A stretch of 64,000 nucleotides of DNA from Caulobacteraceae bacterium (GTDB lineage: Bacteria > Pseudomonadota > Alphaproteobacteria > Caulobacterales > Caulobacteraceae). The first letter of the stretch is position 1. The number at the start of each line of letters is the position of its first letter. Below, piece after piece: positions 36,195 to 45,572 of the stretch. A program made the position numbers and the translations under genes. The stretch is taken from positions 963 through 64,962 of the forward strand of contig JAYTXQ010000227.1 in NCBI GenBank assembly GCA_043742825.1. The letters are read 5' to 3'. Under the pieces are notes generated by a model. The model worked only from the letters and a program-made list of their open reading frames with translations. It had not been told where the DNA came from and searched no databases.

Positions 36195-37223
36195 CTAATT
36201 CGGCTTCAGCAGCAGTTTGCAGCTGTCGGCCCCGCCGCGCAGGGCCTCGAACGCGGCACTGAAACGGTCAAATTCGGCGATCTCAGTGACCAACGGGTGC
36301 GGGTCGATACGGCCACTTAACAGGCTGTCGATGACGAAGGCGAAATCGCCGCGGTCGTGGCCAAGGACGAAGGTGAGCGTCAGCTCCTTGGTCAGAGCCA
36401 CCATGGGATAGAGGTGGTCCTGTTCCATGCAGGCGCCCACCACGATCACGCGGCCGAAGAGCGGGGCGATACGTACCGCTTCCTCAATCATCCCCGGCGT
36501 GCCGACGCACTCGAAAATGACCTCCGGCGGCCCCCCCACGAGGTCGGCGAAAGCCACGCCAGCGTCGCCGGCCGCAGGATCAAGGGTGGCGGTGGCGCCA
36601 AGGCCGGCGGCACGGCAACGTGCGGCTTCGCGGGGTTCTGAAACCACCACCGATCGTGCGCCGGCCACGCGGGCGTAGAGGGCTACGGCCTGACCGACCG
36701 GGCCGGCGCCGATAACCAGGACCCGTAGCCCCAGGATCGATCCGGCCTTACGCACTGCGTGGTAGCCGACGGCGAGAGGCTCAACCAGCGCGCCGCAGAT
36801 CAGGTCTACCGGTCCCGGAAGTTTCAGGGCCTGGGCGGCACCTACGGCGACATACTGGGCGTTGCCGCCTGGCAGGCCGATCCCAAGGTAAGAGACGCTG
36901 GGGCAGATGATGTCGAAACCATCCTTGCACACCGCGCCGCAGGTAGGACATGGCCGAAACGGCATCACCGTGACCCGTTCCCCGGTGCGCCAATGATCTC
37001 CGGCGCTGCGGCCAACCTCGACCACCTCTCCGGCGAACTCATGGCCAAGGATGATCCCGGGGCTAAGGGCACGAGCAATTCCCGGTTGGGTCAGATGCAG
37101 GTCGGTGCCGCACACTCCGCTGTAGGCAACCTTAATCAGAAGATCGCCGGCCCCGATTTCTGGATCAGGCAGGTCTATCACCGCCAGCGGCGCGCCCTGA
37201 GACTGAAAAACACTGGCTTTCAT
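36195..37223 (-). CDS. zinc-binding medium-chain alcohol dehydrogenase
   Basis: 342 aa. GVCGTDLH, GHEFAGEV, a structural Zn Cys cluster (CPTCGAVC), and the Rossmann motif VIGAGPVG. Confidence 0.85.
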   Translation of the reverse strand: MKASVFQSQGAPLAVIDLPDPEIGAGDLLIKVAYSGVCGTDLHLTQPGIARALSPGIILGHEFAGEVVEVGRSAGDHWRTGERVTVMPFRPCPTCGAVCKDGFDIICPSVSYLGIGLPGGNAQYVAVGAAQALKLPGPVDLICGALVEPLAVGYHAVRKAGSILGLRVLVIGAGPVGQAVALYARVAGARSVVVSEPREAARCRAAGLGATATLDPAAGDAGVAFADLVGGPPEVIFECVGTPGMIEEAVRIAPLFGRVIVVGACMEQDHLYPMVALTKELTLTFVLGHDRGDFAFVIDSLLSGRIDPHPLVTEIAEFDRFSAAFEALRGGADSCKLLLKPN

Positions 37224-37313
37224 GCAACGCCCTCCGCGACCATCACCTCTTGTTTAGGCGCATAGCTGTGGCCAAACAAACCCTGCGATTGTAGATCAGA
37301 GACTAGGGAGACA

Positions 37314-38669
37314 ATGATGGTGCAATGCACGGACTTGGCGGCGTTGATTGATGATCGACCGGGCGAAGGGGTCTTCAGCGTCAACAAAAAAGCCTTCACC
37401 GATCAGGCGGTTTTCGATCTGGAGATGAAACACATCTTTGAGCGCGGCTGGGTCTTTCTCGGCATGGCCTGCCAGGCGCCGAGCCCCCACGACTTTTTCA
37501 CCACCACCGTGGGCCGCGCGCCGGTGGTGATCATGCGCGACGGGGCGGGAAACCTGAACGCTTTCATCAATTCCTGCCCGCACAAGGGGGCCCGGATCTG
37601 TCACACGCGCCAGGGACGGGGCAAACTTCACGTCTGTGCTTATCACAGCTGGAGTTTTGACAGCGCCGGCAAAAACGTCGCGGTCAAATGGTTGGAGGAA
37701 GGCGCTTACGCAGAACCCTTCAAGCAAACTGACCGCAACCTGGCCAGGCTGGGCGCTTTTGCCGAATATCGTGGATTTCTCTTCGGCAGCCTAACACCTG
37801 CGGGCCCGCTGGAGGACTATCTTGGCGAGGCCCGCCGCCTCCTGGACCTGGTGGTCGACCAGAGCCCCGATGGGTGCGAGCTTGTCCCCGGCGAGGTCAT
37901 CTTCACCTATGACGGTAACTGGAAGATGCAGCTGGAAAACTGTTCTGACGCCTATCACTTCACTTCCGCTCACCCCTCCTATCTGCGCCTTCTGGAGAAA
38001 CGCGCCGAGGCACCGAAAGCTGGTTCAGTACGCTCGGTCTGGGAAAAGGACATGACCTGGCTGGAGGGGGGCGAGGGGATCACCGGCGGGTCGTTCAGTT
38101 TTGACCACGGTCACGTGCTGAACTGGGCGCGCGTGGCGGTGAGCGAGGCCTCGCCCCTGTTCGAGCGCGCGGAAATCCTGGCCGAGCGGTATGGCGCGGC
38201 ACGGCGCGATTGGATGTTCAACCTGCGCAATTTGACCCTGTTTCCCAACATGCAGGTGGCGGAAAATGCCTCCAGTCAGCTACGGATTATCCGGCCAATT
38301 GCGCCCAATAAGACCGAGATGCGCACCTTCTGCATCGCTCCCAAGGGCGAAGCGCCGGCGGCGCGGCGCGCCCGGATCCGCAATTACGAGGATTTCTTTA
38401 ATCCCACCGGCATGGCGACGCCCGACGATACGGTGAGCTATGAGGATTGCCAGGAAGGCCACGGCAGCCCTGTGCGCCCTTGGCTCCTGGGCTATTCGCG
38501 GGGCATGACCAACACCCGCGCCGGGGGCAACGCCTTTTCCACCGGCGCGCCGATGGATCCGGCGCGTAATGCCCAGGGCGGGGCGCAACTCTGTGACGAG
38601 ACCCTGTATCATAGCTATTACCGTGCCTGGTTGAAGCGCCTGGCCGCCGGCATGGAGGCCAGTGCGTGA
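37314..38669 (+). CDS. aromatic ring-hydroxylating dioxygenase, alpha (Rieske) subunit
   Basis: 451 aa. Rieske motif CPHKGARICH...CAYHSWSF and catalytic-domain His pair (...DAYHFTSAHP...). Confidence 0.85.
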   Translation: MMVQCTDLAALIDDRPGEGVFSVNKKAFTDQAVFDLEMKHIFERGWVFLGMACQAPSPHDFFTTTVGRAPVVIMRDGAGNLNAFINSCPHKGARICHTRQGRGKLHVCAYHSWSFDSAGKNVAVKWLEEGAYAEPFKQTDRNLARLGAFAEYRGFLFGSLTPAGPLEDYLGEARRLLDLVVDQSPDGCELVPGEVIFTYDGNWKMQLENCSDAYHFTSAHPSYLRLLEKRAEAPKAGSVRSVWEKDMTWLEGGEGITGGSFSFDHGHVLNWARVAVSEASPLFERAEILAERYGAARRDWMFNLRNLTLFPNMQVAENASSQLRIIRPIAPNKTEMRTFCIAPKGEAPAARRARIRNYEDFFNPTGMATPDDTVSYEDCQEGHGSPVRPWLLGYSRGMTNTRAGGNAFSTGAPMDPARNAQGGAQLCDETLYHSYYRAWLKRLAAGMEASA

Positions 38670-39166
38670 GCGGGCCCCTGACCCAAGCTGGAGCGGCGCA
38701 ATTGCTTAGCCTCGAAGCGCTCTACCTGGACCGGCGGCAATTCGACGCCTGGCTGGCACTCTATACCGCAGACGCGGTCTTTTGGGCCCCGGCCTGGCGC
38801 GATGAGGTGACCCCTACCGCCAACCCGGATACCGAGCTCTCACTGATATATTATGCAGGCCGGCACAATTTGGAGGACCGGGTGTGGCGGGCCAATTCTG
38901 GTCTATCAGTCGCCTCCGCCACCTTGCCCCGCACGGTGCATGCGGTGACCAATATACTGGTGGAAAGCGGTGATGCGCAGAGCTGCAAGGTCACAGCGGC
39001 CTGGACGGTGCACCAGTTCAACGCCGTGCGGCAGACCCAGCACGTGTTTTTCGGGCGTTATGATTACCGTCTGCAGCGTGAACAGGCTGTCTGGCGGATA
39101 GCCGCCAAGACCATTTTGATCCTCAACGACCGGATCCCGACTGTAGCGGATTTCTATTCGATCTGA
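38666..39166 (+). CDS. aromatic ring-hydroxylating dioxygenase, beta subunit (SnoaL/NTF2 fold)
   Basis: 166 aa with a 4-nt overlap with the alpha gene. LDRRQFDAWLALYTADAVFWAP...YYAGRHNLEDRVWR is the beta-subunit pattern. Confidence 0.8.
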   Translation: MSGPLTQAGAAQLLSLEALYLDRRQFDAWLALYTADAVFWAPAWRDEVTPTANPDTELSLIYYAGRHNLEDRVWRANSGLSVASATLPRTVHAVTNILVESGDAQSCKVTAAWTVHQFNAVRQTQHVFFGRYDYRLQREQAVWRIAAKTILILNDRIPTVADFYSI

Positions 39167-39229
39167 CGGGTGTGACTCTGAGTCAGGTTCGCAGGGGTAT
39201 CGGGGGTGTTCAGAGCCAATTAAGATTAT

Positions 39230-39368
39230 CCACAGATGACGCAGATTTACACAGATGGGTTTACGTTAAACGCCCGCGAAGCGGTCAAAATAGCCAAATG
39301 GTAGATTGTCTTGCGCCTTCGGCGCGTTCGTTAAGGAGCCCATCTGTGTCTATCTGCGGTATCTGCGG
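39230..39368. repeat. GCAGAT-triplet TIR element, copy 2
   Basis: Left arm 39230-39258 is CCACAGATGACGCAGATTTACACAGATGG. Right arm 39340-39368 is CCATCTGTGTCTATCTGCGGTATCTGCGG. It lies between convergent genes. Confidence 0.85.
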
Positions 39369-39413
39369 ATAAAAATCTTCAATCGTTAGCCTATCCGATT
39401 GCCATAGTTAGGC

Positions 39414-40187
39414 TCAGGTGAGGCGCGGGCCGGTCAGGGAGAACATGGCGCCTTGTGGGTCCACCGCGTTGATGATCCAGCCACCGCCGGGGACGGCGCT
39501 GGGGCCAAACAGGATCGACCCCCCGGCCCCCGTGACGCGGGCCGCCGCCGTGTCAATATTATCGGCGCAGATGTAATAACTCCACATCGGCTGAGGGGAA
39601 TTTGTATCGGTCATCATGCCGCCGACGGCATCGCCACCAGCGTTGAAGAGCAGGTAGGTTCCCATGCCGCCCATATCGAGCGTTTCGGATTTACCCCAGC
39701 CGAACTGGTCGGCGTAAAAAGTGAACCCCGCTTCCCAATCGCTTGTGTGCAACTCATTCCAGCCGGCATGCCCAGGCATGGGCGGCATGAACGAGACGCT
39801 TGGCCCCCCGCCTATGGGTTGCATGATATAAAAGAGTGCCCCTTGCGGATCGCTGACCATGGCAAAGCTGCCGACACCGGGAACTTCGGTGGCCGGCATG
39901 TGCACCTTGCCTCCGGCCGCCGTCAGACTGCTCATTGCGGCAGGCAGATCGTCAACACTGATATAGCCCAGCCACATCGGCCGCATGCCGGTCTGGTCCG
40001 CGCCCTGCGGCAGCGCCATCAGGCCGCCGACATAGTGCTCGCCCATCTTCAGCTGCCGATAGTCCATACCGCTCTGGCCGGCGTCTTCAACGGTCCAACC
40101 AACCACATCGCCGTAAAATTTTGTCGCCGCCGCAACGTCGCTGGTGATCAATTCGTACCAGATGAAACCGCTGGGGGTCTTGGTCAT
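39414..40187 (-). CDS. two-domain VOC (glyoxalase-fold) protein
   Basis: ORF 39414..40556; ATG 40187 (MTKTPSGFIWYELITSD...). Two repeats of the WYEL/WNEL...FY..VFGW... VOC module. Confidence 0.75.
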   Translation of the reverse strand: MTKTPSGFIWYELITSDVAAATKFYGDVVGWTVEDAGQSGMDYRQLKMGEHYVGGLMALPQGADQTGMRPMWLGYISVDDLPAAMSSLTAAGGKVHMPATEVPGVGSFAMVSDPQGALFYIMQPIGGGPSVSFMPPMPGHAGWNELHTSDWEAGFTFYADQFGWGKSETLDMGGMGTYLLFNAGGDAVGGMMTDTNSPQPMWSYYICADNIDTAAARVTGAGGSILFGPSAVPGGGWIINAVDPQGAMFSLTGPRLT

Positions 40188-40316
40188 GGTAGCTGTTCCC
40201 GTCGAAAATTGATGTGTGTCGGCAGTTCGAACTCGCACTCGATAGTCTAACTCAAACCAGGGGTCGCTTGTGAAAGCATTTGTCGGCGCGCGTCTGTATG
40301 ATGCATAAAGCCACGT

Positions 40317-41417
40317 ATGACCAATCTCTTCGCCCCCCTCACCCTCACGCGCGGCCCCGCCTGGAAAAACCGCTTCATGCTGGCCCCGCTGACCAACAGC
40401 CAGAGCCACACCGACGGGACGTTGTCGGATGACGAATTCCGTTGGCTGACCTTGCGCGCCAGCGGCGACTTTGGTCTGGTGATGACCTGCGCAGCGCATG
40501 TACAGGCGCGGGGCCAGGGCTTTGCCGGACAACTTGGGACATTCGGCGATGAACACCTGGCGGGTCTGACCCGACTGGCTAAGGAAATCCGCAGCCGTGG
40601 CGCGGTCTCTTCGGTGCAGTTACACCACGCGGGCTTTCGTTCTCCGGCTGACCTGATCGGCGAGACACCGGTAGCGCCGTCTGAAAACGCCGAGTTTGCC
40701 TGTCGCGCCCTGACCGGGGCGGAGATTGAACAACTGACCGAAGACTTCATTGCCGCAGCGGTCAGATCCGAGAAGGCCGGATTCGACGGCGTCGAGCTGC
40801 ACGGCGCACATGGCTATATTATCTGTGCGTTTCTCTCGCCCGAGACCAATGTTCGCACCGATGCGTGGGGCGGCACCCTGGCGGGCCGGTCCAAGCTGTT
40901 GCTGGACATCATTGCTGGTGTCCGCGCCCGCTGCCGTCCCGATTTCCAGCTTGGCGTCAGGCTGTCACCGGAACGTTTCGGCATGCAGATAGGCGAGGCC
41001 CGCGACCTGGCGACCCAACTGATGACCAGCGGCGATATCGACTATCTGGATATGTCTCTTTGGGACGTCTTCAAGATCCCTAATGAGGCTGACTATGCGG
41101 CCAAAACCTTGATCGACTGGTTCGCCGATCTGCCACGAGGGGCGACGCGACTGGGGGCCGCCGGAAAGATTATGAACGGGGCCAGCGCCCGGCAGGTCAT
41201 GCAAAGCGGCGTCGATTTCACCGTCATCGGCCGCGCCGCCGTCCTGCACCACGACTATCCGCGCCAGATCGCCGCCGATCCCGATTTCGAGCCCATCGCC
41301 CGCCCGGTCAGCCGGGCCCATCTGCGGGCCGAAGGGCTGAGTGAGACCTTCGTCAACTATATGAACAACTGGAAGGGATTCGTGGCACCCGAAGAGGCGA
41401 TGAGCGAAACGGTTTGA
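40317..41417 (+). CDS. NADH:flavin oxidoreductase (Old Yellow Enzyme family)
   Basis: 366 aa with LKNRFMLAPLT, FDGVELHGAHGYI and RLSPE blocks. Confidence 0.85.
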   Translation: MTNLFAPLTLTRGPAWKNRFMLAPLTNSQSHTDGTLSDDEFRWLTLRASGDFGLVMTCAAHVQARGQGFAGQLGTFGDEHLAGLTRLAKEIRSRGAVSSVQLHHAGFRSPADLIGETPVAPSENAEFACRALTGAEIEQLTEDFIAAAVRSEKAGFDGVELHGAHGYIICAFLSPETNVRTDAWGGTLAGRSKLLLDIIAGVRARCRPDFQLGVRLSPERFGMQIGEARDLATQLMTSGDIDYLDMSLWDVFKIPNEADYAAKTLIDWFADLPRGATRLGAAGKIMNGASARQVMQSGVDFTVIGRAAVLHHDYPRQIAADPDFEPIARPVSRAHLRAEGLSETFVNYMNNWKGFVAPEEAMSETV

Positions 41418-41555
41418 GGCACGCCAGCTGATAGGGCGATACTTCAGAGCGATCGAGTGACTTAACGGTTCAAGAATTTTTATCTGTGGGCAATCTTGTT
41501 GAGCTCTAAACTCGCCCGATTATCCCGGTGCCAGAGCTCCCAATCGTCGGATCGG

Positions 41556-42194
41556 TCAGGCAATCAATCCCATCGAACGACCCTTGGCCGTCGCCTCCAT
41601 TCGATTAGTCGCCCCCAGCACGGCGATGAGTGCGGCGACATGGGCTTTTACGGTTGCCGGTGACACGCCGAGGTCTCGGGCGATCTCTTTGTTGGATGAA
41701 CCCAGGGCGATTTTTTGCAGAACCTGAATCTGTCGCTGGGTCAGGCTAAGGGTGGCCGCCCGCTGGGATGAGGGGGCATCCCGGGCAATGGCACCGGTCA
41801 GCGCGATCATGCGCGGCGGAAGATAGGTCCCTCCCGCCAGGACGAGACGAATAGCGGCCTCCAGGATGGCACCACTGGACGCTTTTGGGACGAAACCGGC
41901 TATTCCCAGATTAAAGAGGTCGAGCAGCAAGCCATCATCCTCAAGCGCAGTCACGACCATCAGTCGCGCGGCGGGGGCTGCGGTGCGGACCTTGCCGACG
42001 CCGACAAGCGGGGGAGCCCCCGGCATGCCCAGATCGCACAGGATCACCTCAGGCTGGTTGGACGCCGCCGCCGCCCATGCCGTTGGAAAATCGGTCACGC
42101 GGAGAACATCGGCCATCGGCCAATGCATGGCGATCGTACCCGCCAAAGCTTCGCGCATCATGGCGTGATCGTCGCAAATTAGGCATGAGCGCAT
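41556..42194 (-). CDS. LuxR/NarL-family response regulator
   Basis: 212 aa. REC domain (ICDDH...ILCDLGMPG) plus the LuxR HTH LTQRQIQVLQKIALGSSNKEIARDLGVSPATVKAHV. Confidence 0.85.
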   Translation of the reverse strand: MRSCLICDDHAMMREALAGTIAMHWPMADVLRVTDFPTAWAAAASNQPEVILCDLGMPGAPPLVGVGKVRTAAPAARLMVVTALEDDGLLLDLFNLGIAGFVPKASSGAILEAAIRLVLAGGTYLPPRMIALTGAIARDAPSSQRAATLSLTQRQIQVLQKIALGSSNKEIARDLGVSPATVKAHVAALIAVLGATNRMEATAKGRSMGLIA

Positions 42195-43468
42195 GGCTCA
42201 TTTAAACGCGGCACCGTAGCCAATTCAATGAAAAACGCCGCGCCGTGGTGCCAGCGCGGCTCAATTCCGCCCTGGCCGCCCAAAAGCGAGGCAATGCGGC
42301 GAACCGACGCGAGCCCAAGCCCAAAACCGCCGCGAACTTCATTGCCGTGATCGACGTCCTGAACATAGTCGTCAAATAGAGAGCCCGGATCGGTATGAGT
42401 GATGCCGACACCGTCATCAGATGCCATAAGTCGCACGTGGGCACCTCGATGTCGCGCGCCGATAAGCAGCCGTCGCGCCTTAGCGTGGCGAATCGTGTTG
42501 TCGACGAGGTTTGAGAGCGCGCGTTCGAGCAGATCCGGATCGGCGTTGACCAGCAGCCGACTGGGGATGGCGCTGATTTTCAGCCCCACGAGGTCTGCCG
42601 CCGGCGCGAACGACGCGGCGACCCGCGCCATCAGGGCCCCTATCGCGATTTCAGCAAGTTGTGGGACTGTCGCGCCCGCTTCAAGTCGCAGGTGTTCGTT
42701 GATGTTTTTCAGTTGGCGCTCCACCGCATCGAATGCGGCTTCCGCCTGGCTCGCGGCCTTTGCCCGCCGGACAGGGTCGGTGCCGCGCACAGCCTGATCG
42801 AAAAACAGACGCGCCGAGTGCAAGGGTTGGCCCAGATCATGCGACGCCGATGCCAGGAACCGGGCTTTGGCCTCTCGCTGAGCGTCGGCGTCGGCCTTGG
42901 CATCCCAGGCCTGACTGACTGCGGCCTGCAGGGCTCGCCGCAACAGCAACTGCAATCCACAGAACAGGATCGTGAACAAAATGATCGGTATAGAGAAGGT
43001 GCCCCGGTGCACCAGGAAATATAAAACAATTCCAAACGGGATCACGGTGGGGGCGATCAGCCCCGCCAGGCCCAAGGAGGCTCGCGCGCGCCGCACCGTC
43101 CCCATCGCGGAGATCGACACTGAAAACTGGGCAATTAACACCACCAGCATTTGCTCGGCCTGATTGGCATAGGGCATTGCCAGCCAGAATGCCCCGACAA
43201 ATGCGACCGCCACGCTCCAGAAACTGGTTGCCGAATTTGAATACCAACGGTCGGGCGAGTCGTCGCCGAAATCCGGTTGACGGCGAATGGCCACGAATGA
43301 AGCCACCCGCCAAAGGATCAACGCAACGATCAGGGCGTCGATGACCGTCAGGCGGCCAGGCGGCACACGTCCGGCGAGCCATAGCTGCGAATAGATCAAG
43401 ACGAGCACCATTACCGGTATTGCCACAATCTGTACGCGCAGCATCTGGATGATCGCGGGCCGGGCCAT
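42179..43468 (-). CDS. membrane sensor histidine kinase
   Basis: ORF 42179..43510; ATG 43468 preferred (AAGGAGAA upstream). About 6 TM segments, H-box FLASASHDLGQPL, and HATPase G-boxes (DDGVGI, GGFGLGL). Overlaps the regulator gene by 16 nt. Confidence 0.8.
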   Translation of the reverse strand: MARPAIIQMLRVQIVAIPVMVLVLIYSQLWLAGRVPPGRLTVIDALIVALILWRVASFVAIRRQPDFGDDSPDRWYSNSATSFWSVAVAFVGAFWLAMPYANQAEQMLVVLIAQFSVSISAMGTVRRARASLGLAGLIAPTVIPFGIVLYFLVHRGTFSIPIILFTILFCGLQLLLRRALQAAVSQAWDAKADADAQREAKARFLASASHDLGQPLHSARLFFDQAVRGTDPVRRAKAASQAEAAFDAVERQLKNINEHLRLEAGATVPQLAEIAIGALMARVAASFAPAADLVGLKISAIPSRLLVNADPDLLERALSNLVDNTIRHAKARRLLIGARHRGAHVRLMASDDGVGITHTDPGSLFDDYVQDVDHGNEVRGGFGLGLASVRRIASLLGGQGGIEPRWHHGAAFFIELATVPRLNEPCAHA

Positions 43469-43611
43469 GGGTTCTCCTTTCGCCGTTGAATGTCTGCCCA
43501 AGTTGGCCACGGCGCAACGGGTTAGGCCATCCAGCTAGCCATCTGGGCAATGGGCGCGCCTGCGAATGTGGGCGAAAAGTCGACCGTTCAATCAACCAAG
43601 GAGATGAAGCT

Positions 43612-44232
43612 ATGCTAACCTCGTCAATCGTCAAATTCCTCGCAGCCACGACATGCTTGGTATGTGTCTCGGCCGCTGGAGCCGCAACAGCGTCAGGCAA
43701 TCTTCTGACAAACGGGGATTTCGCAACTGGCGACCTGACGGGCTGGACCCTGAATGCGCCGGGGAGACCCACCGAACCGCCGTACATACAGGTGACGAAC
43801 AACTTTACCCGGGGATGCTTCAGCGCGGCGTACTATTGCTTTTATACAAAGGTGGGCACGCCCGGCGACTTCGTCGATCTATCACAGAGTTTTCATTCAA
43901 AGGCCGGATCGCCTCTGACGATTGATTTTCATTTTTTACAACAAGTTGCGGGCCCAACGAATCCGTTATCATTCTCGGTGGTTCTGGACGGTACTACGCT
44001 GGGCACTTTCACGAACACGAGTTTTGTCGTGGATCAGCTTGTAGCACTGCATGCACTGTCTACAGGCAATGACACCCTCGACTTCAAGTTTGCGGAGTTT
44101 CAGGGCCTTGGTGCGCAAGCAATCGGCGGCGTCTCGGTCTCCGTTCCCGAACCGGCGTCCTGGGCGTTGATGATCACCGGCTTCGGACTGACCGGTGCCT
44201 CCCTTCGCCGCAGGGCGCCTAAAGCGGTCTAG
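43612..44232 (+). CDS. PEP-CTERM sorting-domain protein
   Basis: ATG 43612 (GGAG upstream) within ORF 43486..44232. Signal peptide, then NLLTNGDFATGDLTGWT (CBM/galactose-binding-like opening). C-terminus VPEPASWALMITGFGLTGASLRRR. Confidence 0.8.
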   Translation: MLTSSIVKFLAATTCLVCVSAAGAATASGNLLTNGDFATGDLTGWTLNAPGRPTEPPYIQVTNNFTRGCFSAAYYCFYTKVGTPGDFVDLSQSFHSKAGSPLTIDFHFLQQVAGPTNPLSFSVVLDGTTLGTFTNTSFVVDQLVALHALSTGNDTLDFKFAEFQGLGAQAIGGVSVSVPEPASWALMITGFGLTGASLRRRAPKAV

Positions 44233-44410
44233 GCCTGTCACAACTATAGAGCGGGGGCTTGCTACGGTCTCCGCTCACGGCACGTTGACGGGTGAAACCC
44301 GCAGCTGGTGACAGGCGATCAACCCGGACGCTCCTACTGCCTTGACCGGGGACGTCGAATTGGTGTCTGACATCGTCAGGTTTCACCTTCTCAGCCGTCA
44401 GGTCCGCCCG

Positions 44411-45571
44411 ATGAAGACCTATCGCATTGCGGTCATCGGCCTGGGCCAGAGGATCGCTCACGTCCTGGCGGCAATGAAGGCCGTGGGATGGGACATTTAC
44501 GTCGTCGGCCACGTCGATCCTGCGCCGGTTGGGCTGCCAATCCTGCAGGCCGCCGCGATTAAGCCTGGCCCCGTATTCGACGACCCGGAAGCCCTGTTCA
44601 CGGCCGGGCCGTTTGATCTGGTCATGATCGGTTCGCCCAATCATTTGCATCTGCACCACCTGCACAGCGCCATAGCGGCGGGCTGGCCGATCTTTTGCGA
44701 AAAACCTATCGTCCGTACCCAGACTGAAACCCTGACCCTAGCCCGTCGGCTTGCCGGTGGGTCCGTACCACCGCTTTTCATCGGCCTAGTTATGCGCTCG
44801 ATGCCCATCGTTCGCGAAGTTATCGCACGCGTGGACGCTGGAGAACTGGGCGAGCTGATCTCGATGGATGCCACTGAGCATCTGCACCCTGAGCATGGGT
44901 CCTATCTGGCCCGCAACTGGCGCCGGCGGGCCGACTGGGGAGGGTCCTTTCTGCTCGACAAGGTCTGTCATGACTTTGATATTTTCGGCCGCATCGCCGG
45001 CGGGCGTCCCGCTCAGGTGGCCAGTTTCGGTGGGCGACGGATTTTCACCCCGCAAAACGCGCATCTGCCGCGTACCTATGATGACGGCGAGGCGGCTTAT
45101 ACAGAGCGCGACTCCGGCTGGGCGGCGGCCAACGATCCATTCCAGTCCGATATGGATCTGGCTGACCACCAGACGGCCATCGTCCGCTACGACACTGGTC
45201 TAGCCCTGGCGTTTCACTGCAACAGCCACGCAGCTTTGCAGGAGCGGCGCTGGTACATCGCCGGCACGCGCGGCACCCTGATCGCTGATCTGGTGCGCAA
45301 CAAGGTGATGCTGCGCCCCAGCCTGTCACGCGCCCGCCCTGAGCGCATAGACTTTGGCGGCCTGACTGCCGATCTGCACAACGGCGCGGATGAAGCCATG
45401 GCGATAGACCTGCTGGCGGCGATTGAGGGTCGAGCCACCTTCCCCGTCACAGCAGCCGATTCGATGGAGGCGGGCTTGACCGTCATGGCCATCGACCAGT
45501 CCATGGCCGAGGGTCGGATGATCGACTGCGCACCCATGTGGTCCGCCTACGACGAGGCGCGACGGGCCTGA
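44411..45571 (+). CDS. Gfo/Idh/MocA family oxidoreductase
   Basis: ATG 44411 within ORF 44342..45571. MKTYRIAVIGLGQRIA Rossmann start and ...FCEKP motif. Confidence 0.8.
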   Translation: MKTYRIAVIGLGQRIAHVLAAMKAVGWDIYVVGHVDPAPVGLPILQAAAIKPGPVFDDPEALFTAGPFDLVMIGSPNHLHLHHLHSAIAAGWPIFCEKPIVRTQTETLTLARRLAGGSVPPLFIGLVMRSMPIVREVIARVDAGELGELISMDATEHLHPEHGSYLARNWRRRADWGGSFLLDKVCHDFDIFGRIAGGRPAQVASFGGRRIFTPQNAHLPRTYDDGEAAYTERDSGWAAANDPFQSDMDLADHQTAIVRYDTGLALAFHCNSHAALQERRWYIAGTRGTLIADLVRNKVMLRPSLSRARPERIDFGGLTADLHNGADEAMAIDLLAAIEGRATFPVTAADSMEAGLTVMAIDQSMAEGRMIDCAPMWSAYDEARRA

Positions 45572-45572
45572 C

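Noticed and set aside
39226-39234. A perfect TTATCCACA DnaA-box at the edge of repeat copy 2; possible replication origin.
   Set aside because: It is a single exact box with no A/T-rich unwinding region and no dnaA/dnaN/hemE-type neighbours. The sequence is part of a dispersed repeat terminus.
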